The translations under genes and the position numbers were made by a program. Below, piece after piece: positions 16,855-25,980 of a DNA stretch of 25,980 bases; the stretch's first letter is position 1; every line of letters starts with the position of its first letter. The notes beneath the pieces are model-generated. The model did no database searches. It saw nothing but the letters and a program-made list of their open reading frames with translations, and was not told where the DNA came from. Origin of the DNA: Armatimonadota bacterium (GTDB lineage: Bacteria > Armatimonadota > UBA10988); the NCBI GenBank assembly GCA_016235455.1, contig JACRKZ010000094.1, forward strand, positions 1-25,980. Reading direction: 5' to 3'.

Positions 16855-18998
16855 CGCCGCAGGAGCGCGTCCGCCGCGTCCATGACCTGCTGGAGGGTGA
16901 ACGGCTTGCCCAGCACGGCGTCGACGCCGCTCTGCTCGATCTGCTCGGGCTTGAGCTGGTCGCGGAAGCCGGTGAGCAACATCACCGGGGTGCCCCGGCC
17001 CGACTCCTTGACGGCGCGGATGACCTCCCAGCCGGACAGGTCGTCGGTGCGCAGGTCGGTGCAGACCAGGTCGTAGCTGCGCTCGCCAAAGCGCTCGATG
17101 CCCTCTCGGCCGCCGGCGCAGGTGTCCACCTCGAACCCGACCGACGAGAACAGCTCGGCGAGCACCTCGCACAGCGCTTCCTCGTCGTCGATGACCAGCA
17201 CGCGCAGTGGACTGGTGACCGGCTCCTCGGCCTCCTGGGCGCTCAGCGGCAGCGTGATGCTGACCGTGGTACCGACATTCGGCGCGCTCTCCACCTCGAT
17301 CTCGCCACGGTGCCGGGTGATGATGCCGTAGGTGACGCTGAGGCCCAGGCCCACGCCGGTCTCGGCCTTGGTGGAGTAGAACGGATCGAAGATGCTCTGC
17401 TGCTCCTCGGTGGACATGCCGCGGCCGCGGTCGACCACCGTGATGAACAGATGCTCGGTGGCCACATGGGCGTTGAGCGCCACCACGCCGCCGCTGGGCA
17501 TGGACTCGCACGCGTTGCGCAGCACGTTGCCCACGGCCTCGGCCAACTCGTCCGGATTGGCCAGCAGCACGCCGTCGAGTTGGCCGGGGTTGAGCTCGAT
17601 GTGGTATTTGGCCGGGTTCAGCTTGCTCACCTCGGCCAGTTGGGCGCGCGCGGCATCTTCCAGCCGCTGCCACACGGAGGCGACGTTGATCGGCTGCAGG
17701 TCTTCCTCGCTGCGTTCGCGCGTGAACTCCTGCAGGCGGCGGACGGTCTCGGCGGCGCGCCAGCCGATCTCGAAGATGGTGCGCAGGCCCTTATGGATGC
17801 GGTGATCGCTGGTCTGCCGCTGGAGCATCTGGGCGCGACCCAGAATGCCGCCAAGCGCGTTGTTGAACTCGTGCGCCACACCGCCGGCCATCTGCGCCAG
17901 AGCGCGGAACTTGGCGCCTTCGGTGGCGGCGTCCTGGGCGCGGTGCAGCCGTTCCAGGGCCTCCTCCTGCGCGCGCAGCAGGCCCGCGTCGCGTAGCGCC
18001 AGCGAGATGTGGAAGCTCAGCCGGTCGAGCATCTTGCGCGAGCGCCGGCTGATCTGGTCGGCCTGGCCAAACCCGACGACCAACACGCCAAACAGCCGGC
18101 GATCGAACACCAGCGGCTGGAATACGGCGCGCTGCACATGGGCCTCGCGCAGCATCTGGCCGACGCGGTCGCTGGGCTCGGTGCCCGGCGACTCCACCAG
18201 CACCGCCTGCTCACTGGCCGCGCGGAACACCTGCGGTGCTTCCGCGGCGCTGATGGTGAAGCGCTCGATGGGCAGATGCACCTCGAAGCGGTCGAGCCCG
18301 TCCTCGCAACGGGCCACCATGGCGAAGTTGGCGCGCAGCAGACGCGCCACGTTGCCCGCCGCCTGGCGCGAGGCGTCCTCGGCGTCGCGGCGGGCGTGGA
18401 GTTCGGAGACTGCGCGGCGATAGCCCTCTTCGTCGCCGATGTCGGTGGGCGTGATGACCACCTGCGCATCGACCAGCAGCGCATGGGTGACGAGACTGGC
18501 CGTCAGGGTCCAACGCTCGCGGTCGAACCCGAACCAACCGCCCTCATCCTCGGTGTAGATCGACACCAAGCCGATCACATGGCCCTCGACGGCCAGCGGC
18601 AGGATGAGCACGCAGCGCAGACCGACGGCTGTGACGAGCGTGCGCCAGGCGCCGTTGGGCACTGCCTCGTCGTCCAGGTCGAACGCGTCGACGCGGGCCG
18701 CCAGCCGCTCGATGACCCACTCGGGCTCGGCGACCTTCATGGCTGCCGACTGCGGGCCGGCCGCGGCCAGCAGAGTCCAGCCGGCGGGCTCCAGCCAACG
18801 CACGGCGACCGTGTGATCCGGCTCGGCCAGCAGGCGTGCGACGGCTTCGGCGCGCGTCTCGCGCCCGCCCGACCCCAGACAGATGGCGGCCAGCGCCATC
18901 AACTGCTGGTCAGTGTGTCCTGCCCGCTGTGCCATCTGTGCCGTTGTGCCTTGCCCGCCGATCATCCAGAACTCCCCTGCGTCGGACTCATCGGCCAA
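16851..18998 (-). CDS. Hybrid sensor histidine kinase/response regulator with GAF domains
   Basis: GAF-like LPLAVEGHVIGLV and QPLVFDRRLFGVL. H-box AHEFNNAL, N-box NVLRNA, DRGRGM, FDPFYSTK, G.GLGLS. C-terminal REC (VIDDE, VCTD, LTG, KPF). No obvious TM; start uncertain. Confidence 0.9.
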   Translation of the reverse strand: MADESDAGEFWMIGGQGTTAQMAQRAGHTDQQLMALAAICLGSGGRETRAEAVARLLAEPDHTVAVRWLEPAGWTLLAAAGPQSAAMKVAEPEWVIERLAARVDAFDLDDEAVPNGAWRTLVTAVGLRCVLILPLAVEGHVIGLVSIYTEDEGGWFGFDRERWTLTASLVTHALLVDAQVVITPTDIGDEEGYRRAVSELHARRDAEDASRQAAGNVARLLRANFAMVARCEDGLDRFEVHLPIERFTISAAEAPQVFRAASEQAVLVESPGTEPSDRVGQMLREAHVQRAVFQPLVFDRRLFGVLVVGFGQADQISRRSRKMLDRLSFHISLALRDAGLLRAQEEALERLHRAQDAATEGAKFRALAQMAGGVAHEFNNALGGILGRAQMLQRQTSDHRIHKGLRTIFEIGWRAAETVRRLQEFTRERSEEDLQPINVASVWQRLEDAARAQLAEVSKLNPAKYHIELNPGQLDGVLLANPDELAEAVGNVLRNACESMPSGGVVALNAHVATEHLFITVVDRGRGMSTEEQQSIFDPFYSTKAETGVGLGLSVTYGIITRHRGEIEVESAPNVGTTVSITLPLSAQEAEEPVTSPLRVLVIDDEEALCEVLAELFSSVGFEVDTCAGGREGIERFGERSYDLVCTDLRTDDLSGWEVIRAVKESGRGTPVMLLTGFRDQLKPEQIEQSGVDAVLGKPFTLQQVMDAADALLRR

Positions 18999-19022
18999 CT
19001 GTCGCCGCTCTTTACGGTCGTT

Positions 19023-20486
19023 TCACATTTGCGCCCGCCAGCCACGCCCGGCGTAGGGCAGCGCAGCTGGCTGCCGTTGGCCGACGCGCAGCGCGCCATC
19101 GGCCACAAACCCCTCAGACCGGTCGGCCAACTCGGCGATGAGCCGCTCACGCCAACGCGCCAGCCGCAGCGGTTGCCGCTCGGACAGATTGTGACACTCC
19201 GTGGGGTCGGAGTCCAGTTCAAACAGCAGCTCGCGCCCGGTCTGGGAGTACCAGACATACTTCTCCCGGCCATCGGTGAGCCAGTGGTTGGACCACCGCC
19301 CGCCGGTATGCTCGCCATGGAGCCACTCGCGCACCGGGGCGTCGCCGCCGGCCAGGATGGGCAGCAGGCTATGCCCGTCGACCGTGTCCGGGATCGGCGC
19401 ACCGGCCAGGTCGCAGAAGGTGGGATACAGATCGCGCAGTTCGACCACGGCATCGCTGACCTGACCGCCGGTGCGTGCGCTCCAGCGGTCGCGCGGCAAC
19501 TGCATGATCAGCGGCACCCCGGCCGATCCGGCGAACGGCTGGGCCTTGGCGATCAGGCGGTGGTCGTAGAGCAGGTCGCCGTGGTCGGAGACGAAGGCGA
19601 TGGCCGTGTCGGCCAGCACGTCGTCCTCGCTGAGCGCCATGAACAGCCGGTTGATCTGATGGTCGATGAAGGTGCACTGGGCATAGTAGGCGCGGCGGGC
19701 CAGGTCGACTTGTGCGGGGTCGCTGGGCACGGGGCTGTCCAAGCCGCGGCACAGGTCCAGTTCGTGCTCCACCCAGTCGCCGACCGGCAGCGGCGGCAGC
19801 GGCTTGCTCAGATAGCGGTCGAGGTAGCTCTGCGGCGGGTCGAGCGGCGGATGCGGCCGATGGTAGCTGGCCATGAGGAAGAACGGCTGCGTCGGGTCGC
19901 GTCGGCGCAGGAAGTCGATGCTCTGTGTGGTGACCCAGGCTGTGGGATGCAGCATGGGGTCGCGCGTCCAGGGCTGGACGGCATAGCCGTTGCAGCCCAT
20001 GCCGGTATCGACATAGTCGGCATAGGCCATCTGGGTGCGCTCGCGCAGCCAGGGCAGGTAGTCATCGAAGCGGCCGTAGTCGAGGCCGCCTCGCCGGCCG
20101 TAGTGCAGATAGCCGTCGTGCAGCTGCACTTCGTCGAAGCCGACGCGGTTGCGCTGCGGATGGGTGTGCATCTTGCCCACGCACTGGGTCTGATAGCCGG
20201 CCTGCCCGAGGGTGCGTGGCAGCGTCTGCTCATACTCCCAGACGATGGCGTCCTGGTAGCCGACATAGCCATGATGGGCCGGGGTCATGCCCGTGAGCAG
20301 ACCGGCGCGCGCGGCAATGCACGACGGGCAGGCGGTATAGGCCTGGCGGAATCGCGTGCCACCGGCGGCCAAGGTGTCCAGGTGGGGCGTCTCGACCACC
20401 GAATGGCCGGCACAGCCGAGCGCATCGGCGCGCCACTGGTCGACCATTATCAAGACGAGGTTGGGGCGACGGGTTGGCTCGCTCAA
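19023..20486 (-). CDS. Arylsulfatase (formylglycine-dependent, S1 family)
   Basis: RPNLVLIMVDQWR, TPHLD, CPSCIAARAGLLTG (CxAxR), GKMH, PHPP, SDHGD. Start at TTG 20486 with GGAG upstream (alternative GTG 20501). Confidence 0.92.
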   Translation of the reverse strand: MSEPTRRPNLVLIMVDQWRADALGCAGHSVVETPHLDTLAAGGTRFRQAYTACPSCIAARAGLLTGMTPAHHGYVGYQDAIVWEYEQTLPRTLGQAGYQTQCVGKMHTHPQRNRVGFDEVQLHDGYLHYGRRGGLDYGRFDDYLPWLRERTQMAYADYVDTGMGCNGYAVQPWTRDPMLHPTAWVTTQSIDFLRRRDPTQPFFLMASYHRPHPPLDPPQSYLDRYLSKPLPPLPVGDWVEHELDLCRGLDSPVPSDPAQVDLARRAYYAQCTFIDHQINRLFMALSEDDVLADTAIAFVSDHGDLLYDHRLIAKAQPFAGSAGVPLIMQLPRDRWSARTGGQVSDAVVELRDLYPTFCDLAGAPIPDTVDGHSLLPILAGGDAPVREWLHGEHTGGRWSNHWLTDGREKYVWYSQTGRELLFELDSDPTECHNLSERQPLRLARWRERLIAELADRSEGFVADGALRVGQRQPAALPYAGRGWRAQM

Positions 20487-20612
20487 GGGTGGTGTCTCCA
20501 CACGGCCATTTCGGCTTGGGGGCGCGTAACCCTTCCGAGGAGGATCGCCCGCCCGTCGGGCCAATGGAGGCCAGCGCGCCCAGGCACCGTGCCGGGTCGA
20601 TGGAGTGCCGAG

Positions 20613-23303
20613 ATGGCTCGATGGTTGGCGGTGGTGTTGTTGGCGGCGGCCGCATGGGGCGCGGAGCCGCGGGTGCTCGCGCAGTGGTCGTTCGACCAGC
20701 CGGGCAACCTGCAGGGCTGGTCGCCCAACGGGCACATGAAGGACGTGAAGGTGGCCGACGGCTCGGTCAGCGCCACCTGCCACGACTGGGATCCGTTCTA
20801 CGTCAGCCCGCTGTTCGAGGTCGCCGCGCGGCCCAGTCAGGCTGTCGAGATTGAGCTGCGCTGCGACAAAGGCGGCCAGGGCGACATCTTCTACAGCCCG
20901 GACAACGCTGGCCCGTACGGCGGTTTCTACAGCGAGAAGCGAGTGGGCTGGTCCATTCCCGGCGACGACAAGTGGCAGACCGTGCGCGTCGAGCCCTACT
21001 GGCAGGCCGAGGGCAAGATCGTCCGCCTGCGGCTCGATCTGGTGCAGGGCCAGACCATCGCCATCCGCCGCATCCGCATCGTGGAGCCAGCGGAAGCCGG
21101 CCCGGCGCTGACCAAGACCGACTTCGGCGGGCTGGCCGGCTGGCGCCGCGAGGAGGACGGCCGCCGCTTGTCGCCGCTGCTGGCCGTGCCGCTGGACAAG
21201 CTGTCGACCGTGACCCTGCGCATGACCGCCCGGCGCGGCGAGTCGGCCAAGCTGCTGTGGGCGGTGGACGGCCACAACGGCTTGCAGGAGACCGGCTTCC
21301 GGCTGCGCGCCGACGGCCGGGCGCATACTTACAACATTGAGATGACCGACGGCAAATGGGCTGGCAAGCTGGTGGCGCTGGGCCTGCGCCCGAGCGACGT
21401 CGCGCCGGACGAGGTGACCGTGGAGTCACTGACGCTGGCCGATGAGCCGGCTGGTGCCGCCGACCTCGACACCGTCTACTTTGGCCCGGCCGACGGCGTG
21501 AACCGTGTGGGTCGGCCGGCGCGGATCATCTGCCGCGTGGTCAACCGCGGTGGCCAGCCGGCAGAGAACCCAGCCGCCGATCTGGTCGTGCCCGCCGGCG
21601 TCAAGGTCGTGGCCGACAAGGCGCCCGAGGCCGCCGAGTTCGCCGCGCCGATCACCTTCGGCTGGAGCGTCACCGCGACGCGGCCCGGCCCGCTGGATGT
21701 GTCGGTGAAGCTGCGCGGGCCCGGCGCCGGACCCGAGACGCTGCGCGCCAAGCTGGACATCACCGCGGTGCCCACCGGCCTGGCCCAAGGCAGCATTCCC
21801 GCACCCAAGCCGGCGCAGACCAAGTACCGCATCGGCACGTACTACTTCCCCGGCTGGGGTCGGCCGGCGTCGTGGGCACCCATCGACAACGCGGCGCCCT
21901 GGCGCAAGCCGATGCTGGGCTGGTATGACGAGGCCAACCCCGACATCGCCGACTGGCAGATCAAGTGGGCGGTCGAGCACGGCATCTCCTACTTCCTGGT
22001 GGACTGGTACTGGAACCAGGGCTCGACGGGCCTCATGCACTGGGTGGAAGGCGCTTACGCCAAGAGCCGCTTCCGGAACCAGCTGCAGTGGGCCGTGATG
22101 TGGGCCAACCACAACCCGCGCGGCAGCCACACCGAGGCTGACTGGCGCAAGGTCACCCAATACTGGATCGACCACTACCTCAAGACGCCCGAGTACCTGA
22201 AGATCGACGGCATGCCCGCGGTGTTCATCTGGGATCCGGGCGGCATTCGGGCCGATGCCGGCGGCACCGAAAAGGCGGCCGCGTGGTATGCCACCTCGCA
22301 GGCCATGGCCAAGGCGGCGGGCCTGCCGGGCATCCGCTTCGTGGCCATGGACATTGCCGCCGACGGCCTGCCCACGGCGCCGCTCAAGAACGAGGGCTAC
22401 TGGGGCGAGACGCACTATCACGGCTGGTACGGCGCGCAACAGGGCGCGCCCGACCCGACCAACTTCCCGTTCAGCCGCATCGTCGACAAGAGCCCCGCGG
22501 GCTGGGACAAGCGCTCGGCGGCCATGGCCGAGGCGGGCATGAAGTACCTGCCGGTGGCCGATACCGGCTGGGATTCGCGGCCCTGGCATGGTGACTCCGC
22601 CATGGTCGTCAGCGGCCGCACCTCGGGCGAGTTTGAGCGGCTGCTCAAGCTGGCCAAGACCTGGCTGGACGCCAAGGGCCAGACCGACCTGGTGCTCGGC
22701 CCGTGGAACGAATGGGGCGAGGGCAGTTGGCTGGAGCCCAACACCGAACACGGCTTTGGGCTGCTGGATGCGGTGCGCAACGTGTTCGCGCAGCCGAGCC
22801 CGCACGCCGATGTCGTGCCGGGCGATGTGGGTGTCGGGCCCTATGACTTCCCGGTCATCCAGGCGCCGGCGCTGACTCGCTGGGACTTCGACAAGGCCGG
22901 CGACAGCCAGGGCTGGGGCGGCATGATGGGCCTGCGCGACGTGGCGGTGCGCGACGGTGCGCTGCACATGGTCACCACCAACACCGATCCCGCGCTGAGC
23001 GTGGGCCATGGTGGCCTGCGCGCGGGCAGCTACCCGCTGCTTAAGGTCTCCATGACTTGCGCGCCGGCGGACAACATCGGCGGCCTGCAGCTCTTCTGGT
23101 CGGGCGCTGGCAATTCGATGTCCGAGGCGGCCAGCATCACGCTGCCCATCGTCGCCGACGGCAAGCCGCACGAGTACACCTTCCGCCTGACCGAGAACTC
23201 GCGCTGGCGCGGCGTCATCCGCTCCTTGCGGCTGGACCTGGGCAGCGCGGCCAACGTGGCCATCAGCATCGACCGTATCGAGTTCGTGCCGTGGCTCAAA
23301 TGA
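20613..23303 (+). CDS. Secreted GH99-like/WbsX-like glycoside hydrolase with flanking CBM-like beta-sandwich modules
   Basis: GGAG RBS, then MARWLAVVLLAAAAWG signal. IGTYYFPGW, RKPMLGWYDE, QIKWAVEHGI.YF..DWYW, WANH, GWDSRPW and WNEWGEGSWLEP. Confidence 0.8.
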   Translation: MARWLAVVLLAAAAWGAEPRVLAQWSFDQPGNLQGWSPNGHMKDVKVADGSVSATCHDWDPFYVSPLFEVAARPSQAVEIELRCDKGGQGDIFYSPDNAGPYGGFYSEKRVGWSIPGDDKWQTVRVEPYWQAEGKIVRLRLDLVQGQTIAIRRIRIVEPAEAGPALTKTDFGGLAGWRREEDGRRLSPLLAVPLDKLSTVTLRMTARRGESAKLLWAVDGHNGLQETGFRLRADGRAHTYNIEMTDGKWAGKLVALGLRPSDVAPDEVTVESLTLADEPAGAADLDTVYFGPADGVNRVGRPARIICRVVNRGGQPAENPAADLVVPAGVKVVADKAPEAAEFAAPITFGWSVTATRPGPLDVSVKLRGPGAGPETLRAKLDITAVPTGLAQGSIPAPKPAQTKYRIGTYYFPGWGRPASWAPIDNAAPWRKPMLGWYDEANPDIADWQIKWAVEHGISYFLVDWYWNQGSTGLMHWVEGAYAKSRFRNQLQWAVMWANHNPRGSHTEADWRKVTQYWIDHYLKTPEYLKIDGMPAVFIWDPGGIRADAGGTEKAAAWYATSQAMAKAAGLPGIRFVAMDIAADGLPTAPLKNEGYWGETHYHGWYGAQQGAPDPTNFPFSRIVDKSPAGWDKRSAAMAEAGMKYLPVADTGWDSRPWHGDSAMVVSGRTSGEFERLLKLAKTWLDAKGQTDLVLGPWNEWGEGSWLEPNTEHGFGLLDAVRNVFAQPSPHADVVPGDVGVGPYDFPVIQAPALTRWDFDKAGDSQGWGGMMGLRDVAVRDGALHMVTTNTDPALSVGHGGLRAGSYPLLKVSMTCAPADNIGGLQLFWSGAGNSMSEAASITLPIVADGKPHEYTFRLTENSRWRGVIRSLRLDLGSAANVAISIDRIEFVPWLK

Positions 23304-23319
23304 CCGAGGAGGTCCGTTC

Positions 23320-24471
23320 GTGAACAGCCTGACACTCCCTGGCCTGACCTGCCTGCTGCTGGGTGCAGCGGTGGCCGGCGCGCCGACGCCGCCCCCACCA
23401 CCGTTCGCGCCGCCGGTGGTGTCGCCGGTCGTCACGGCCGACCGCAAGGTCACCTTCCGGCTCAGGACCACGGCCGACGAGGCGCGGCTGACCAGCCCCG
23501 ACATCCCGGGCCTTGGGCCGGGCGCCATGATCAAGAACGCCGATGGCGTGCATGAACTGACCGTCGGCCCGCTGCCGCCGGGCGCCTACCGCTACCTGTA
23601 TGAAGTTGCCGGCGTGCGCACGCTCGACCCGGTGAATCCCGCCAGCAGCGAGGGTAACGCCAACGCCTTCAGCCTGCTGCTGGTGCCGGGCTCGGAGCTG
23701 TTCGACACCAGGGATGTGCCGCACGGCGCCGTAGCCACGGTGACCTATGCCGCCCAGACGCGCGGCAGCCAGCGCCGCATGCACGTCTACACGCCGCCTG
23801 ACTACGAACTGGGTAAGGGCAGCTACCCCGTGCTCTACCTGCTGCACGGCGCCACCGACAGCGACGACTCCTGGGTGACCATCGGCCGCATGGCCGCCAT
23901 CCTGGACAATCTGATCGCCGCCGGCCGGGCCCGACCCATGGTGGTGGTCATGCCCAACGGGCACACCGGCCGGTTCAGCCGCGCGCCAGGCCGGAACGAC
24001 CGTGAGGTGGAGCTGTGCGCGGCCGAGGTGGCCGGCGACATCCGGCCCTTCATGGAGTCGCACTACCGGCTGCTGCCCGGCCGGCAGAACCGCGCCGTGG
24101 CCGGCCTGTCCATGGGCGGCGCGCAGGCGCTGGAGATCGCCGCCAACCAGTTCGGCGACTTTGGCTATCTGGGTGTGTTCAGCAGCGGCATCTTCAGCCT
24201 CGACCCGGACCGCCCCGCGCCGACGGGTCCCAGCTGGGAAGAGCGGCACAAGGCAGCGCTCGATGACACTGAGCTCCGCAAGGGCCTGCGCGTGGTCTGG
24301 TTCGCCATCGGCCGCGAGGACTTCCTGCTCAAGGTGTCGCGCGCGACGGTCGAGATGCTTGGCCGCCACGGCTTCGAGGTGAAGGTCAAGGAGACCGACG
24401 GCGGGCACGGTTGGGCCAACTGGCGAGACTACCTGGGCGAATGGCTGCCGATGCTGTTCAAGACGCCGTGA
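23320..24471 (+). CDS. Secreted alpha/beta-hydrolase esterase (CE1/enterochelin-esterase-like) with N-terminal CBM48/E-set domain
   Basis: GAGGAGG RBS. VTFRL..., Y.Y.Y.V.G...LDP.N, VPHG, VYTPPDY, YPVLYLLHG, VVMPNG, AGLSMGG (GxSxG) and GGHGWANWR. Confidence 0.88.
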   Translation: MNSLTLPGLTCLLLGAAVAGAPTPPPPPFAPPVVSPVVTADRKVTFRLRTTADEARLTSPDIPGLGPGAMIKNADGVHELTVGPLPPGAYRYLYEVAGVRTLDPVNPASSEGNANAFSLLLVPGSELFDTRDVPHGAVATVTYAAQTRGSQRRMHVYTPPDYELGKGSYPVLYLLHGATDSDDSWVTIGRMAAILDNLIAAGRARPMVVVMPNGHTGRFSRAPGRNDREVELCAAEVAGDIRPFMESHYRLLPGRQNRAVAGLSMGGAQALEIAANQFGDFGYLGVFSSGIFSLDPDRPAPTGPSWEERHKAALDDTELRKGLRVVWFAIGREDFLLKVSRATVEMLGRHGFEVKVKETDGGHGWANWRDYLGEWLPMLFKTP

Positions 24472-24476
24472 TCAAC

Positions 24477-24506
24477 CGACGGGGCGGCCTCGCGGCCGCC
24501 CCGTCG
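24477..24506. terminator. GC-rich hairpin between convergent genes (likely bidirectional terminator)
   Basis: Perfect 13-bp inverted repeat CGACGGGGCGGCC-tcgc-GGCCGCCCCGTCG between stops at 24471 and 24516. No long U-tract. Confidence 0.65.
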
Positions 24507-24515
24507 TGAACCTCA

Positions 24516-25151
24516 CTATTCGCCCTTGGACGGGTCGGGCAACCCGCCGCCACCGCCCGGAGGCGGACCACCGGGGCCACCGCCCCAGCCACCGCGTCCC
24601 GGGCCGCCCTGCCCGCCGGGACCGCCCCGGCCGCGGCCGCCGCGACCACCGAAGCCTCCAAACCCGCCACCGGGCATCTGGGCTGCCTTGGCCTTCTGCT
24701 CCGGCGTCAGGATGGCTTCCATCTTGGTGCGCATCTCGGCGCCCAGCGCTTGGCGCTGCGCACGGCGCTGCTCGTCGGTGAGCGAGGTGTTACCGCGCAG
24801 CGCTTCCATCTTGGGCCGCATCTCGGTGAGCACGGCCTGCATCTTGGCCTGCTGCTCGGCGGTCACGCCGAGCTCCTTCATCCGCTCCTGCATGCTCTGC
24901 CGCGGGCCGCCGCCGGGGCCGCGCATGCGGGCCATCTGGGCCGCGCGCTGGCTGCGCACACGGTGGCGCCAAGCCAATGCGCCGCCGCCGGCGAGCAGCA
25001 GGAAGCACAGCGCCAGCACCGGCCCGAGCACCTTCCAGTTGGTGCCGCGTGACGGCGTCGCCGCGGGCGCCGGCGCGTCGCTATCGGGATTGGCCGCCTC
25101 AGCGGCGCGTTGCGCGCGAGCGGCCTCCATCTCCTCTTGGGTGATTCGCAC
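24516..25151 (-). CDS. Single-TM protein with Spy/CpxP-like LTxxQ helical repeats and Gly/Arg/Pro-rich tail
   Basis: TM segment VLGPVLALCFLLLAGGGALAW. Repeats VTAEQ, LTDEQ, LTPEQ. Tail GGFGGFGGRGGRGRGGPGG. Confidence 0.7.
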   Translation of the reverse strand: MRITQEEMEAARAQRAAEAANPDSDAPAPAATPSRGTNWKVLGPVLALCFLLLAGGGALAWRHRVRSQRAAQMARMRGPGGGPRQSMQERMKELGVTAEQQAKMQAVLTEMRPKMEALRGNTSLTDEQRRAQRQALGAEMRTKMEAILTPEQKAKAAQMPGGGFGGFGGRGGRGRGGPGGQGGPGRGGWGGGPGGPPPGGGGGLPDPSKGE

Positions 25152-25205
25152 AATCGGTCTCCATGGCCACAGGAGGCGGCCCGTGCGCCCGCGGTTACAG
25201 CAGCC

Positions 25206-25980
25206 TCAGACGCCCCGCAGCAGCCGCAGGTAGTCGCGCGCGACGCGCAGGTCCTCCAGTGCCTCCTGCGCGGTGCACAGGGGCGCTCGTTCACCGCGCA
25301 CCGCCGCGCAGTAGTTGGCCGCCTGCTGCCGCATAGCGTGGACCCACGGCATCTGCGGCTCGCTGGTGGTGGGCGGGCCATCGCCGTTGTCGCGGAAGAT
25401 GGTCAGTCGGCCCGGTCGGTTGAGCGCCACGGGCGCCGGCAGATCGACGCGCAGCCAGCCGCGCTCGAAGGTGACCAGCGCCGACTCCTGCCAGTCGATG
25501 CTCGTGCTGTAGGCGGCCATCTCGATCACGCCCGTCACGCCCGAAGCGCTGTGCGCGCAGAACAGCACCTGCGACGGATCGGCCCAGCTCACGGCATAGG
25601 ACTCGCCCAGCAGGTGGCGCAGCAAGTTGACCTGATGGATGTAGTAGTTGACGAAGGAGATGTAGTCGTTGTAGGCCTCCGCCGACAGGTCCGCCGGCGG
25701 CTCATCGCGGTCCAGCGGCGGCATGGCGTCGTCGCCGTGCACCATCTCGGTGAACCCCGCGGCGATCCAGTCGCCGGGCGGCATGGACAGGCGCACGTAC
25801 TTCATGGCGCCCAGCTCGCCGGTCTGCTTGAGGCGCTCAATCTCGGCCTTGGCGGCCATGGTGGCCGGGTCGCTGCGCTTGTGATAGGCCACCTGGTGCC
25901 ATCCGCCGGCGGCCTCGAGCTGCGCCACCAGCCGCTCACCGACAGGCACCGAGGCGGCCAGCGGCTTCTCGGTCAGCACG
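25206..25980 (-). CDS. Gfo/Idh/MocA-family oxidoreductase, 5'-truncated by the window edge
   Basis: VLTEKPLA motif, VAYHKR.DP, YYIHQVNLLR.LLG and C-terminal A.EDL..A. Confidence 0.85.
   Translation of the reverse strand, partial: VLTEKPLAASVPVGERLVAQLEAAGGWHQVAYHKRSDPATMAAKAEIERLKQTGELGAMKYVRLSMPPGDWIAAGFTEMVHGDDAMPPLDRDEPPADLSAEAYNDYISFVNYYIHQVNLLRHLLGESYAVSWADPSQVLFCAHSASGVTGVIEMAAYSTSIDWQESALVTFERGWLRVDLPAPVALNRPGRLTIFRDNGDGPPTTSEPQMPWVHAMRQQAANYCAAVRGERAPLCTAQEALEDLRVARDYLRLLRGV

Noticed and set aside
18009-20612. 1764-aa giant ORF on + strand (18009..23303)
   Set aside because: The first ~870 codons are the stop-free antisense shadow of the kinase and sulfatase genes. The real gene starts at ATG 20613 with an RBS and signal peptide.
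20487-21326. N-terminal extension of the sulfatase ORF to 21326
   Set aside because: Antisense to the glycosidase gene. Sulfatase homology begins at RPNLVLI just after TTG 20486.
24526-25233. Pro-rich + strand ORF / tandem repeat array
   Set aside because: Antisense of the Gly-rich tail of the minus-strand gene. It is not a CRISPR or independent repeat.

Overview
High-GC bacterial window, densely coding. From left to right: a tightly coupled run of probably exported, mostly unassignable proteins (PKD-like, HEAT-repeat, STN-like, GHL10-like TIM barrel) ending in a UshA-like/4-heme cytochrome c fusion; a URO-D/MtaA-family protein; murJ; an orphan small gene with a strong sigma70 promoter; a tRNA(CAU); and argF. 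The centrepiece (11484-16854) is a complete-looking seven-gene RiPP operon of the SynChlorMet type. It encodes an HPr-kinase-like ScmC, a stand-alone PqqD/RRE ScmD, a 61-aa candidate precursor peptide (WxxP leader plus Gly/Cys/Ser/Thr core), two radical SAM/SPASM enzymes (ScmF, ScmE), an S24/S26 peptidase and a nucleotidyltransferase. After it come a GAF hybrid histidine kinase, a sulfatase, a divergent secreted GH99/WbsX-like glycosidase with an esterase, a Spy/CpxP-like membrane protein and a partial Gfo/Idh/MocA oxidoreductase. All family calls are from motif recognition by eye; no database search was run.
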